Origin: an uncultured delta proteobacterium | GTDB lineage: Bacteria > Desulfobacterota > Binatia > UBA9968 | Reading direction: 5' to 3' | Length of the DNA stretch: 64,000 nucleotides | Assembly (NCBI GenBank): GCA_963745835.1 | Contig: CAVUZH010000013.1 | Location: 800,001 to 864,000 of the forward strand | Shown here: piece by piece, positions 19,606-29,751 of the stretch | Position numbering within the stretch: position 1 is the stretch's first letter | How the letters are laid out: every line of letters begins with the position of its first letter | The notes under the pieces: model-generated | Told to the model about the DNA's origin: nothing | What the model saw: the letters and a program-made list of their open reading frames with translations, nothing else | Databases searched by the model: none | Program-made: the position numbers and the translations under genes

Positions 19606-19791
19606 CTACTTCCACATTTCATTAGCAATTTGGTCTTCTTTACCCTGCTCGACAAGCTGATCGTTCTTAAACGCCTGGCGCAGTCCGATCCAACTGAAAA
19701 AAATCACCAGGATCAGCATGCCGACAATCGGAATATTGTCCGGCTTGGTTACGATTGCGAGAAAATTCTGCAAACCGCTTGCTTCGTCCAT
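19606..19791 (-). CDS. Small single-TM membrane protein (61 aa)
   Basis: IVTKPDNIPIVGMLILVIFFSWIGL; abuts the TPR gene; promoter-like sequence upstream. Confidence 0.7.
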   Translation of the reverse strand: MDEASGLQNFLAIVTKPDNIPIVGMLILVIFFSWIGLRQAFKNDQLVEQGKEDQIANEMWK

Positions 19792-19826
19792 AAAAGTTAA
19801 ACACCCGTAAAATAAAGATAATTTCT

Positions 19827-19855
19827 AAACTAGGCGATATCGTTTCTAATGTCAA
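19827..19855 (-). promoter_or_regulatory. Putative sigma70 promoter of the 19791-16855 operon
   Basis: TTGACA-17 nt-TAGTTT on the minus strand. Confidence 0.55.
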
Positions 19856-19882
19856 CGTCGCTGTGCCAAGGCCGTCTACCGT

Positions 19883-21475
19883 TCAGTGGTGATGATGATG
19901 GTGATGATGACCCCGCCCCTGCTCGTTATGCCGAAAAATCAACGACTTGATCACAACCGGAACAGCTTTGGCGTCGGGCAATTCTTGACCGATATCGATG
20001 AAATCGAAATCCTTGAGATCGATTCCGTCGATTGAAATGATTCCTGCCCCGGGTATCAGCTCGCGTTCTATGATGTTTCCCATCAGCTTGGCGATATCCG
20101 CGTCAAAGACCAGCACCATCGGTTGACCCTGGTCAATATGCTCCTTCATGGCACCGACCAGCCCTTCCGCCAGCATGCGAATTAGCGGATAGGAAGGGCC
20201 AAGCTCCCATCTGATCGCGAGCGCTACGGCTCGGTCAGAATCGAAAATGTCGAAACGCTGTAAAGCCTTCCGAACGGAGCTGGTAATATCGGCGGATGTG
20301 ATCGCTTCACTCTGCTCAAATTCAGGCGTGATCACTTGCAGGTTGCGCAGAGGCAGCAATTCCGGATGAGAAAGGTAGATGGTATTGCCGCTGACCTGGA
20401 CGGTGTACTGGGACGCTCCGATGACGGTAGCGCGAATCCGTACTTCGGCCGGTCGCAATGGAATTTTACCCCCGGCCAGCTGATTGGCGCGCGCCCGGAC
20501 GCGTCGGCCGAGATGGACACCCAGGTCCCCCAGATTCCGCTTTTCGTAGCCATAGACAAACTCAGACACTCCGCCTGAAAACATCACCGCGTGAATTGGA
20601 TCTCTGTATTCGATATTTGGCGTCAAGAGGAGATCTTTTGCCCGCGTGGAGATCTGGCCGCGCTCGAGCACCTCAAAGAGCGAGTCGCACAGCACCTGGG
20701 CAAACTTCTCCTTGTCCTCTTCACTCACGGTAGCTCCGAGGGCGAGCTTCACACCGGCCATATTGGCTACTTTGAGCGCGGTATCCTCGAGCCGATTAAT
20801 CCTACCGGTTTCGTCCATTGCTATCAGGCGCGCGCCGACTTCCATGGCGCAAGTATCGATAACCTTTCCACCCTGCGCGATTGCGATCTTGCTAGTGCCG
20901 CCGCCGATGTCGACATTCATGACGGTAAAATCGCCGCCCTCATGATGGGTCATGCCGACTGCGCCGGAACCGTATGCCGCAAGAATTGACTCGAGATTGT
21001 GCCCCGCGGTGGCACATACGAACTTACCCGCCTCCGCGGAAAAAAGGGCGGCTATGGCCTCGGCGTTTTTCTTTTTCGCAGCCTCCCCAGTCACAATGAT
21101 CGCGCCGGTGTCGATATCGCTGGGCGTCAGATTAGCTTTGCGGTACGAATCATGGATGAACTCATTCAACTTGTCGGTATCGATAGTCGTTTTGTCGACA
21201 TAGGGCGTTAAGAGGATCGGAGACTCATGAAGCATCTCGCGATTGACGACAACGAAACGGCTCGATAAAGCCATCCCCTGCCGACGCAAAGTCAGGCGGG
21301 AGAAAATCAGGTGCGATGTCGATGAACCGATGTCGATGCCGACCGAATTAAGCATAATTCGCTCGGAGCGCCACATCGGATGATCTTCGTCCATGACGAT
21401 GCCCTCTTCATCGTCACCGTATTCATCCTCGTGCCCCTCGTGCAGAATGAGTATGTCGGTCTCAAGGTTTTCCAT
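19883..21475 (-). CDS. EutA-like ASKHA ATPase with poly-His C terminus
   Basis: SVGIDIGSSTSHLIFS, DTGAIIVTGEAA, FVCATAG, VDIGGGTSK, FSGGV, ATVIGA, PVVIKSL; start taken at MENLE after SD GAAAGGA. Confidence 0.85.
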   Translation of the reverse strand: MENLETDILILHEGHEDEYGDDEEGIVMDEDHPMWRSERIMLNSVGIDIGSSTSHLIFSRLTLRRQGMALSSRFVVVNREMLHESPILLTPYVDKTTIDTDKLNEFIHDSYRKANLTPSDIDTGAIIVTGEAAKKKNAEAIAALFSAEAGKFVCATAGHNLESILAAYGSGAVGMTHHEGGDFTVMNVDIGGGTSKIAIAQGGKVIDTCAMEVGARLIAMDETGRINRLEDTALKVANMAGVKLALGATVSEEDKEKFAQVLCDSLFEVLERGQISTRAKDLLLTPNIEYRDPIHAVMFSGGVSEFVYGYEKRNLGDLGVHLGRRVRARANQLAGGKIPLRPAEVRIRATVIGASQYTVQVSGNTIYLSHPELLPLRNLQVITPEFEQSEAITSADITSSVRKALQRFDIFDSDRAVALAIRWELGPSYPLIRMLAEGLVGAMKEHIDQGQPMVLVFDADIAKLMGNIIERELIPGAGIISIDGIDLKDFDFIDIGQELPDAKAVPVVIKSLIFRHNEQGRGHHHHHHHH

Positions 21476-21636
21476 TAAACTCGTGGCGTTCCTTTCTCCA
21501 GCCAAAACGGCGAAAAATGATGAAGGTTCCTTGATTAACACAAGAAACATCGTCTTGCCACTGACCGGGAAGCGAAACGAGAGCACGGATAGACAACCCC
21601 TAGGATCGGCGATAAGATGCCCTCCAGCGTCACCCA

Positions 21637-24600
21637 ATGGGACAAGAGGAATTTCAAGAACTCTCCTCATTCTTGAAGCGCTTTATTCGGCGCTTCAAAT
21701 TTCTTAAGGGAATTGAGGGCATCTGTCTCACGGCAATATGCGCGCTGCTGCTTTTAGCAGTCGGCCCGGGTGTCGAACAGATCAAAACTTTCTTTCCCTA
21801 TGCGCCGCTGGTCTACAGCATTATCACCGCCGCAACCCTGCTGGGTTTGATCTTGTGGACCATCATTCAGCTCGCGCGGCGGTTTTCACAGGAACATGCA
21901 GCGCGTTACGTCGAGCAAAAACAGCCAAAACTGCGCAATAATCTAATCAACTCTTTGCAACTCTACCCGCAGGTAGCGAACGCTCAGAGTGCGCCAGGAT
22001 TTTCGGTGCCGATGGTGCTCGCGCTGCTACGCACCACCCGCAAGGAGGTTTCCGGGATCAAGCTTAACGATTTGCTCGACACGCACCGGCTTAAGAGCAG
22101 TCTACGGCTGTTTTTTCTTCTTGCCATTCCAGTGCTCGGGATGGTGCTTTTCAATCCTTCGTGGGTAGGCCAGACGTTCAGCTTGTTGACGCATCCGTTG
22201 GACCACATGCCGCCATCCCAAACAGCCATAGAAGTCAATCCTCCAGGGCTGCGCGTTGTGCGTGGCGCGCCGGTGACGATCGAGGCGACAACATCAGGAG
22301 CCATCCCGGAAACTCTTGATCTCATCGTCTGGGCCGGCACGAATGATCGCGGCGAGCTCGTCGGTGAGGAAAAACTAGTCATGGAGAGCCTGGGTGAAGG
22401 CAAGTTTAGGGTCAAGCTCGCTCATTTGAAAAGAACCTTGAGCTACCGTGCCGCCAGCGGCGCGTTTTCTTCGCCGACTTACTCCGCCGAAGCGATCGAT
22501 CCGCCCGAGATCGGCAACCTGCAGCTGACTGTTTATCCACCGGCGTACACCGGACTCGGCGCAACTTCCTCGACCAGCGGCAACATCGAGGGACTCAAGG
22601 GCTCCAACCTCAGGATCAATGCGATTAGCACAAAAGACATCGTCAAAGCAGAAATCGTTCTTGGTGACGGCAAACGCGTTCCGCTGAAGATTGATGGACG
22701 CAAGCTGCAAGGCAATTTGGTGCTTTTTCAAGCGCAGCAATACCAGATCCTTGTGGAAGATCGCCATGGCTTTCGAAATTCGCCGATATCCTATGATCTG
22801 AAGGTTAAGCCCGATGGCTTTCCCACCATCGACCTGCTCCGCCCGACTGAAGATTTGGAGATTAACGGCGACGAGATGCTGACCCTTGAATACAGCGCGC
22901 GTGACGATTTCGGCCTCGCTGAAGTGACACTTTCGGTGAAAGTCGGCGAGCGACAAGAGAAGATTCGACTGCAGAAAGATGATGCCCGCAGGCTAATTCT
23001 CCGCGACCAATACCGTTGGGACCTCGGCCGACTGGCATTGCGCGACGGAGAGGACGCGCTGGTCAACCTTGAGGTCACGGATAATGACACGGTTTCCGGA
23101 CCCAAGCTGGGCTCATCGCGCGCGATCAGGCTGCGGCTTAAGAATGTCAAGGGCGAACATCAACAGATTGCCGAGATGGTCCGTGAACTTAACAGTCGAA
23201 TGGTCGATCTGCTGGGTGATCACCTGGAAAAGCCAATGCCGGAAGAAAACAACGCGGCTCGCGCGCCCGACATGAACCAGAAATTTGAGCAAAACCTGGC
23301 CGAAGCATTGAAGCAAACCGAAGAAGTGATGCGCAGAACCGAAAAGGACCGGCTTGCCGATTTTGCCACTTGGTCCGATCTTGAAGCGTTGAAGCGAAAT
23401 CTGCAGTTCACCAAGGAAGAGTTGCTCAAGAAACAAGAGCAGGCTCAGTCTGCTGATGATGAATTGAGAGCCCGCGATGAGATTTCGTCGGAACTGGAGC
23501 GCATGTCGCTGCTCTCGGAAGACATCAGCAAGCGGCTAAAGGCCCAGGAGATGGCCTCGACGGCGCAGGACCTGGCGCGCAGTCAGGAGCGCCTCATGGA
23601 TTCTTTGGAAAAGCTTCAGAGCGGCGACAAGAATCTGGACTCGCTTCTCAAGCAGCTTTCCGATCTCACCAAGTCACTGGCCGCGATGCAGCAAGCCATG
23701 TCGCAGATGGCGCAACAACTCCCGGATGATTTCATGAATATGGAATCGATGCGCAGCTTAGGGTTCAACGAGATGTTTTCGGCGCTCGATGAGATCCGCA
23801 AGAAACTGATGCAAGGCGACATCGAGGGGGCGCGCCAGCTTGCCCGGGAATTGTTCAATCAGATGGCGCAGATGGTGGCGTCATTGCAGAACTCCCAGCG
23901 CTCGGCGATGGCTTCAAGCATGGGGCGTATGCAAGGCGAGATGTCGCGTTCAACCAACGAGTTGCAGCAGATCGCGCGCGAGCAGCAGGAAATACTCTTG
24001 AATACGGAAGACATCAATAAGTCGGCGTTGAGCGAGCGTGATAATGCTTTGAAGCAAAAACTGGATCGATTCCTGGAAAACGCCAAGAGCGAGCTGGGGA
24101 AATTGACCGAGCTCTTTCCCGATCGCGAGGGGCCGGAAGATCCCGAAGCCGCCACCAAGCTCGATGACGCGACGATGAATCAACTTCTTAAAAATTTGAT
24201 CGCAAAGCTGCTGAGCAAGGATTTTCCGGGCTATGGCGAAGGCGAGGGGTTAGCACGCAAAGAGCTAGCAAAAAAACGTGATCCTTCACAGGTTGAGAGA
24301 GCGCGGCGTGCTGAAAGCACCTTGGACAACCTGAAGTCCGAGCTGGACAGTTTGATGGGCCAATCGATGCAGGCGCTCAAGGAATCCGATCAAAAACAAC
24401 TCCGCGATCTCGCCAACCGCCAAGGAGTTTTGCGCGAACGCACTGAATCTCTGCATGAGAAGCTGGAGTCGCTTTTTCAACTTTTCCCCTCACTCGATCC
24501 AAAAATCATCCAAAATATCGGCGAAGCCGGGAAATCGATGAACAATGCCAACGAACGTCTCGGCCGGCTCGATTCACAAGGCGCCGTACCACCTGAACGT

Positions 24601-24948
24601 GATGCGCTGGACCGGCTTTCGCAGTCACAACAACAAATGCAATCGGCCATGCAACAAATGGCTCAACGCGGCCAACTGGGCAATATGCCGGTAACCCGGT
24701 TATTCCGGCAAGGCCGGTTCATGCCGGGAGGAATGCTAACGCCACTACCGGGCATGCCGCAGTTTCCGGAGTTTGACGTTGATAGCGGTTTCACCGGACT
24801 GGATACTGAGAAATTCCGTCTTCCCGGCAAGGAAGAATACAAAGCTCCGCGAAACTTTCGTGAAGAGATCCTGGACTCTCTCAAACAAGGCGTTCCGCCT
24901 CAGCTAAAGGACCAGATCGAACGCTATTTCAAAAATCTTTCCGAGTAA
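21637..24948 (+). CDS. Large membrane-anchored DUF4175-like protein (beta-rich region plus Gln/Met-rich coiled coil)
   Basis: N-terminal TMs, YPPAYTG, ARDDFGL, VTDNDTVSGPK, long helical tail ending ERYFKNL. Confidence 0.75.
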   Translation: MGQEEFQELSSFLKRFIRRFKFLKGIEGICLTAICALLLLAVGPGVEQIKTFFPYAPLVYSIITAATLLGLILWTIIQLARRFSQEHAARYVEQKQPKLRNNLINSLQLYPQVANAQSAPGFSVPMVLALLRTTRKEVSGIKLNDLLDTHRLKSSLRLFFLLAIPVLGMVLFNPSWVGQTFSLLTHPLDHMPPSQTAIEVNPPGLRVVRGAPVTIEATTSGAIPETLDLIVWAGTNDRGELVGEEKLVMESLGEGKFRVKLAHLKRTLSYRAASGAFSSPTYSAEAIDPPEIGNLQLTVYPPAYTGLGATSSTSGNIEGLKGSNLRINAISTKDIVKAEIVLGDGKRVPLKIDGRKLQGNLVLFQAQQYQILVEDRHGFRNSPISYDLKVKPDGFPTIDLLRPTEDLEINGDEMLTLEYSARDDFGLAEVTLSVKVGERQEKIRLQKDDARRLILRDQYRWDLGRLALRDGEDALVNLEVTDNDTVSGPKLGSSRAIRLRLKNVKGEHQQIAEMVRELNSRMVDLLGDHLEKPMPEENNAARAPDMNQKFEQNLAEALKQTEEVMRRTEKDRLADFATWSDLEALKRNLQFTKEELLKKQEQAQSADDELRARDEISSELERMSLLSEDISKRLKAQEMASTAQDLARSQERLMDSLEKLQSGDKNLDSLLKQLSDLTKSLAAMQQAMSQMAQQLPDDFMNMESMRSLGFNEMFSALDEIRKKLMQGDIEGARQLARELFNQMAQMVASLQNSQRSAMASSMGRMQGEMSRSTNELQQIAREQQEILLNTEDINKSALSERDNALKQKLDRFLENAKSELGKLTELFPDREGPEDPEAATKLDDATMNQLLKNLIAKLLSKDFPGYGEGEGLARKELAKKRDPSQVERARRAESTLDNLKSELDSLMGQSMQALKESDQKQLRDLANRQGVLRERTESLHEKLESLFQLFPSLDPKIIQNIGEAGKSMNNANERLGRLDSQGAVPPERDALDRLSQSQQQMQSAMQQMAQRGQLGNMPVTRLFRQGRFMPGGMLTPLPGMPQFPEFDVDSGFTGLDTEKFRLPGKEEYKAPRNFREEILDSLKQGVPPQLKDQIERYFKNLSE

Positions 24949-24954
24949 CAGCCT

Positions 24955-26541
24955 TTGAAATATCGAACTGTTTTCGCAGCAATTGTTATTTTGCTCGGTT
25001 TAGCGGCGCAACTGTTGGCCGCTGAGGTGGAGGACAAGTTCAAGGAAGGCCAAGAGCTCCTCGACGCCTGGCGTATTAGCCAAGCTGAAGAGCTCGCGAT
25101 GAAGTCATTGCGTGACAACCCGAAGTCCCCCGATGCGCTGGATTTCGATGCCCGGGTAAAATTCTACCAAGGCCGGTACCAGGAGGCTCTGGCGTCCATC
25201 GACAGGGCTCTTACCCTTGATTCCAATGTTAAACAGCGCCAGGGATTAAAGCTGCTGAGCCAGTTCACTGTCGACGTCGTCAAAACGCTCAAGCGCTATG
25301 AGAGCGCCCATTTCGTGCTTTACCTCGATGAAAAACGCGACGGGATATTGGCAACCCATGCTCTCGATGCTTTGGAAAAAAGCTATCAGGCGGTAGGCGC
25401 GGAACTCGGTTACTACCCGAAGGAGAAAGTCCGCGTCGAGGTCGCCCCAGATGCGCCGAGCTTCAACGCCATTTCAACTCTCTCTCTGCGCGATATTGAG
25501 GAAACCGGCGCGGTGGGCATCTGTAAGTTCAATAAGCTTATGATCATCTCGCCGCGGGCGCTGAGTCTCGGCTATCGCTGGGTCGATTCCTTGAGCCATG
25601 AATATCTTCATTACGCGATCGTCGGTCTCACCAACAACCAGGCGCCGATCTGGCTGCACGAAGGAATGGCGCGCTTTTACGAAACTCGCTGGCGCAAACC
25701 GGTGCCGCCCAAGGACGCAGCCGAGGACTATCTGACGCCCGCCAATCAAACCTTGCTGGTGCAAGCTCTGGAGAAAAACCAATTCGTCGGATTCAAGAAG
25801 ATGGAACCCTCGCTGATCCATTTGGAGACACCCGAGCAAGTTCAACTGGCTTATGCCGAGGCTGCGTCCGCGATCGACTATATCAATCAAAGCAAGGGTA
25901 AGGCTGGCGTACGCGAGCTCCTGGCGACGCTTAGTGAGACATCCACATCCGAGGCGATTTCAAAGATGTTCGGCCTGTCTTTCGATGCGTTCGAGGTTCA
26001 GTGGAAAAATTTTCTGAAACAAAAGGGCCTTAAAGAAATCGAAGGCACCCGCGTGCGCCGGCTGAAAGTTAAAAAAGATCAAAACGAAGACCAAGAAATT
26101 GTCGAGCTCAAGGAGATCCAATCGGCGGTGGCGCGTAACCGTACCCACCTTGGCGATCAACTATCAAATAAGGGCCGAACCGTAGCGGCGGCCAACGAAT
26201 ACCAGCGCGCCTTGCAGGCCAGCCCGCACTCTCCAATCATTCTCAACAAGTTGGGACGGGTTTTAATCCAGATGAATCGTTACCCCGAGGCGCTGACTCC
26301 GTTGAAGAAAGCGCTTGATTTGGATCCGGACAACGGCGGCACCTACGTTCTACTCGGCCGCATTTATCATGCGACAAAAAATTATCAGGAGAGTAAGAAC
26401 GCACTCGAGGAAGCGATTCAAATCAATCCTTTCAATCCGCTTATTTTTAAGCTACTGACCGAAGTCTACGCATCCTTGGGCGAGAAGGAAAAAGCGCAAC
26501 TGGCAAAGGCTTCGCTCGATAAGTTGCTCGGCGCCAACTGA
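24955..26541 (+). CDS. Exported TPR protein with peptidase MA-like (gluzincin) domain
   Basis: Signal peptide; HEYLH...PIWLHEGMA; TPRs at both ends. Confidence 0.82.
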   Translation: MKYRTVFAAIVILLGLAAQLLAAEVEDKFKEGQELLDAWRISQAEELAMKSLRDNPKSPDALDFDARVKFYQGRYQEALASIDRALTLDSNVKQRQGLKLLSQFTVDVVKTLKRYESAHFVLYLDEKRDGILATHALDALEKSYQAVGAELGYYPKEKVRVEVAPDAPSFNAISTLSLRDIEETGAVGICKFNKLMIISPRALSLGYRWVDSLSHEYLHYAIVGLTNNQAPIWLHEGMARFYETRWRKPVPPKDAAEDYLTPANQTLLVQALEKNQFVGFKKMEPSLIHLETPEQVQLAYAEAASAIDYINQSKGKAGVRELLATLSETSTSEAISKMFGLSFDAFEVQWKNFLKQKGLKEIEGTRVRRLKVKKDQNEDQEIVELKEIQSAVARNRTHLGDQLSNKGRTVAAANEYQRALQASPHSPIILNKLGRVLIQMNRYPEALTPLKKALDLDPDNGGTYVLLGRIYHATKNYQESKNALEEAIQINPFNPLIFKLLTEVYASLGEKEKAQLAKASLDKLLGAN

Positions 26542-26553
26542 AAAGGAACCCGG

Positions 26554-27582
26554 ATGGACGCGGCTAAAATTCATCAACATGAAATTGCGGAGATCGAAGA
26601 ATTCGCGGCTAAACGCGACACGATGCTGGGCGAAATTCGCAAGGTCATCGTCGGTCAAGATAGGGTCGTCGAAGAAGTTTTGATCGCGCTGTTCGCCCGC
26701 GGACATTGCCTGTTGGTGGGCGTCCCGGGTTTGGCCAAAACGCTGTTGATCAGCACGCTGGCAGAGATCCTGGATCTAGAATTCAACCGTATTCAGTTTA
26801 CGCCCGACCTCATGCCTTCCGATATCACCGGAACCGACATTCTACAGGAGGACCCATCGACCGGCAGGCGGCAGTTCCAATTCCTCAAAGGGCCGATATT
26901 CACGAACATTTTACTCGCTGATGAGATCAACCGCACACCGCCCAAGACCCAAGCGGCGCTGCTGCAGTCGATGCAGGAATACAAAGTCACCGCCGGCGGA
27001 ACAACTTTTCCGCTGGATCTGCCGTTTTTTGTTTTGGCAACCCAGAATCCCATCGAACAGGAAGGCACCTATCCACTTCCCGAAGCGCAGCTCGACCGGT
27101 TTATGCTCAACATCGAAATCGGTTATCCGGATTTCGATGACGAAGTGCAAATCGTTCTGCAAACGACTTCCAATGAAAAACCGTCGCCGCGCAAGGTTAT
27201 GGAAGGGCCCGCGATCCTGCGCTACCAGGAACTCGTTAGACGTGTTCCCGTCTCACCTTTTGTGGTTTCGTATGCCGTGGCGCTGTCGCAGAATTCACGG
27301 CCGCAAAATGAGGATGCGCCGCAGTTCGTCAGAGATTATGTCGAGTGGGGCGCCGGACCGCGAGCTTCGCAGTATCTGATCCTCGGCGCCAAGGCGCGCA
27401 CCATTCTCCAAGGTCGCTATGCCGTTTCAATCGAAGACATTCAAGCGCTCGCGCCATCGGTCCTACGCCACCGAGTCGTGCCGAACTATAAGGCCCAGGG
27501 CGAAGGATTGTCGTCGGTAGATATCATCCAGCGGCTGCTTAGCGAGGTGAAACCGCCGAAGGATGGGAAAACGGCGCTTTGA
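26554..27582 (+). CDS. MoxR family AAA+ ATPase
   Basis: GVPGLAKT, RIQFTPDLMPSD, LLADEINRTPPKTQ, ATQNPIEQEGTYPLPEAQLDRF. Confidence 0.95.
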   Translation: MDAAKIHQHEIAEIEEFAAKRDTMLGEIRKVIVGQDRVVEEVLIALFARGHCLLVGVPGLAKTLLISTLAEILDLEFNRIQFTPDLMPSDITGTDILQEDPSTGRRQFQFLKGPIFTNILLADEINRTPPKTQAALLQSMQEYKVTAGGTTFPLDLPFFVLATQNPIEQEGTYPLPEAQLDRFMLNIEIGYPDFDDEVQIVLQTTSNEKPSPRKVMEGPAILRYQELVRRVPVSPFVVSYAVALSQNSRPQNEDAPQFVRDYVEWGAGPRASQYLILGAKARTILQGRYAVSIEDIQALAPSVLRHRVVPNYKAQGEGLSSVDIIQRLLSEVKPPKDGKTAL

Positions 27583-28223
27583 GCATCTAAAACTCCCCGG
27601 CACGCGATTGCTGAAGGTACAACATAACCAGGCTTATTCGCTGCCTAAGACGATATCTCGAATTAAAATTCTTTAGACTTGTAAGCCTTCTTTTCTCTCC
27701 GGAAACCAACCGCTGCTGGTTCCATCCTCAAGCGACAATCAGCTCGGCTTCAGTGAATTGATCCATCTATCATTTTTGAAGCGCCGCTTCGAACGGCTGA
27801 CTTTAGGCATAATGCGATGGATTCAACCGTTCTGGATCGGTGATAAATCGGTGACGAATAAAATAGACCGGGCTATCCGGCGCCTGTGTCGAACATCCCG
27901 GATACGCTCTTGAAAATTTCCAAGGTAACGTTCTTCTTACGCAGTCTTACGCCGTTTAGTACCAGGCGCAGTAAGGCCCCAGCGCGATCTTGCCCGAATG
28001 TTTGAAGGGTTAGGGGGCGCTAAATGAGCATGAGGTAGCTGGTTAAACAGCCGGCAACGGTAGCAGTCTCAGGTTGGGACCTCGAAAAGGAACTTGCGGC
28101 GGGCGACCTGAATTCGTGGGTGCAGCACATGATCGCGAGCGGGATGAAGAGTAACAAAAAAAACCGCACTCATCGAGGTCGAACTCGACCAGACTCCGAC
28201 TGGAGTTCATCTAGATTGGGCTC

Positions 28224-28697
28224 TTAGGCGGAAGCTGCCTTGGCGCTTTTGCGGCGGCCGGAACCTGGTTTGGGAGCCGTCCTGCCACTTTTCTTCTTCG
28301 CTTTCTTATCTTTCCCGCTTGTGGTTTTGGCCGTTTCGTCAGCGCCGGCAACCAGCTCTATCAGTGATACCGGCGCCGCATCTCCGTGCCGCCTACCGAT
28401 TTTGATGATTCGAGTGTAACCGCCAGGGCGATTTTGGAATCGGGTGGCGATTGTGTCGAACAGCTTATGGACCACGGTCTTATCCTGAATGATAGCGAGC
28501 GCTTGGCGTCTGGCATGCAGGGTTCCCTCCTTGCCCAGTGTTATTACACGGTCCACCCAGCGTCTGAGCTCTTTGGCCTTGGGATCGGTGGTTTGTATCT
28601 TCTCTTCACGCAAAAGAGAAGTCACCATATTGCGCATCATCGCCCAGCGGTGGCTCGAATTGCGGCTGAGCTTTCTTCCCGAATTAAGGTGTCGCAT
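28224..28697 (-). CDS. rplQ: 50S ribosomal protein L17
   Basis: [12 protein letters not shown]...[10 protein letters not shown]; Lys-rich tail. Confidence 0.97.
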   Translation of the reverse strand: MRHLNSGRKLSRNSSHRWAMMRNMVTSLLREEKIQTTDPKAKELRRWVDRVITLGKEGTLHARRQALAIIQDKTVVHKLFDTIATRFQNRPGGYTRIIKIGRRHGDAAPVSLIELVAGADETAKTTSGKDKKAKKKSGRTAPKPGSGRRKSAKAASA

Positions 28698-28699
28698 AG

Positions 28700-29728
28700 T
28701 TATGCGGTCTCTTTCTCGTCGGCGCGCCGTCTGCTCTCGATCTCCTCCCGCGGTGGAAAATGGTCGATCTTCATGCCGAGTTCGAGGCCCATTTCGCGCA
28801 GAATCTCTTTGATCTCGTTGAGCGACTTGTGACCGAAGTTTTTGGTTTTGAGCATCTCCTGCTCGGATTTCTGCACCAACTCGCCGATGTATTTAATATC
28901 AGCGTTCTGTAAACAGTTTTGCGAGCGCACGGAGAATTCGAGCTCGTCCACGCTGCGAAACAGGTTATCGTTCAATGGGATCGACGGCCGATCATCGCGT
29001 CGTTCTTGCTGCGGTTCATCTTGAAAGTTAACAAAAATACTCACCTGATCCTGCAGGATCTTTGCGGCGTATGCCATCGCGTCGTCGGGCTTAACGCTGC
29101 CGTCGGTTACTACTTCAAACACGACTCGGTCATAATCGGTGCGTTGCCCGAGGCGAGCATTGGACACCGTAAAATTTACTTTCTGCACCGGCGAAAAAAT
29201 GGCATCGATAAATACCGTGTCCACCGGCGCGCCCTCTTCTCTATTCCTTTCCGCCGGAACGTAGCCGCGCCCCAACTTCGCTATCAATTCCATGTCGAGC
29301 TTAGCATCTCTAGAGAGCGTGGCGATTTTTTGCTCTGGGTTGAGAATCTCGACATTGGCAGATCCGGTAATGTCCTTAGCCAACACAGTGGCGGGGCCCT
29401 TGGCTTCGACTTTCAGCGTATGTTGTTCGCCATCGTTAAGTCGCAACCTGACTTCCTTGAGGTTCAAAATGATGTCGGTGACGTCTTCCGTAACTCCGGG
29501 AATCGTCGAGAACTCATGAAGAATCCCTTTCATCCGGACCGCGACAATCGAAGCACCCATTAAAGACGACAACAAAATCCGTCGTAGCGAATTACCAATT
29601 GTTTGGCCGAAACCGCGCTCAAATGGCTCCGCATAGAATTTCCCATAAGTTGAAGTTAAGGTCTTTTCGTCCACCTCCAACTGCTTTGGTTTAATTAAGT
29701 CCGTCCAATGCCTATACATAGTAGACAT
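28700..29728 (-). CDS. rpoA: RNA polymerase alpha subunit
   Basis: [22 protein letters not shown]; alpha-[11 protein letters not shown]. Confidence 0.98.
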   Translation of the reverse strand: MSTMYRHWTDLIKPKQLEVDEKTLTSTYGKFYAEPFERGFGQTIGNSLRRILLSSLMGASIVAVRMKGILHEFSTIPGVTEDVTDIILNLKEVRLRLNDGEQHTLKVEAKGPATVLAKDITGSANVEILNPEQKIATLSRDAKLDMELIAKLGRGYVPAERNREEGAPVDTVFIDAIFSPVQKVNFTVSNARLGQRTDYDRVVFEVVTDGSVKPDDAMAYAAKILQDQVSIFVNFQDEPQQERRDDRPSIPLNDNLFRSVDELEFSVRSQNCLQNADIKYIGELVQKSEQEMLKTKNFGHKSLNEIKEILREMGLELGMKIDHFPPREEIESRRRADEKETA

Positions 29729-29751
29729 AGTTTCTCCCTACATTCAGAAGC

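Noticed and set aside
19603-19608. In-frame TAG-ATG junction between the 61-aa gene and the TPR gene, suggesting amber readthrough
   Set aside because: The TPR protein has its own signal peptide right after the ATG and there is no recoding evidence; simple translational coupling explains it
21476-21670. Long N-terminal extension of the EutA-like ORF overlapping the DUF4175-like start
   Set aside because: An SD precedes MENLE at 21475; the extension is just open frame across the divergent promoter region
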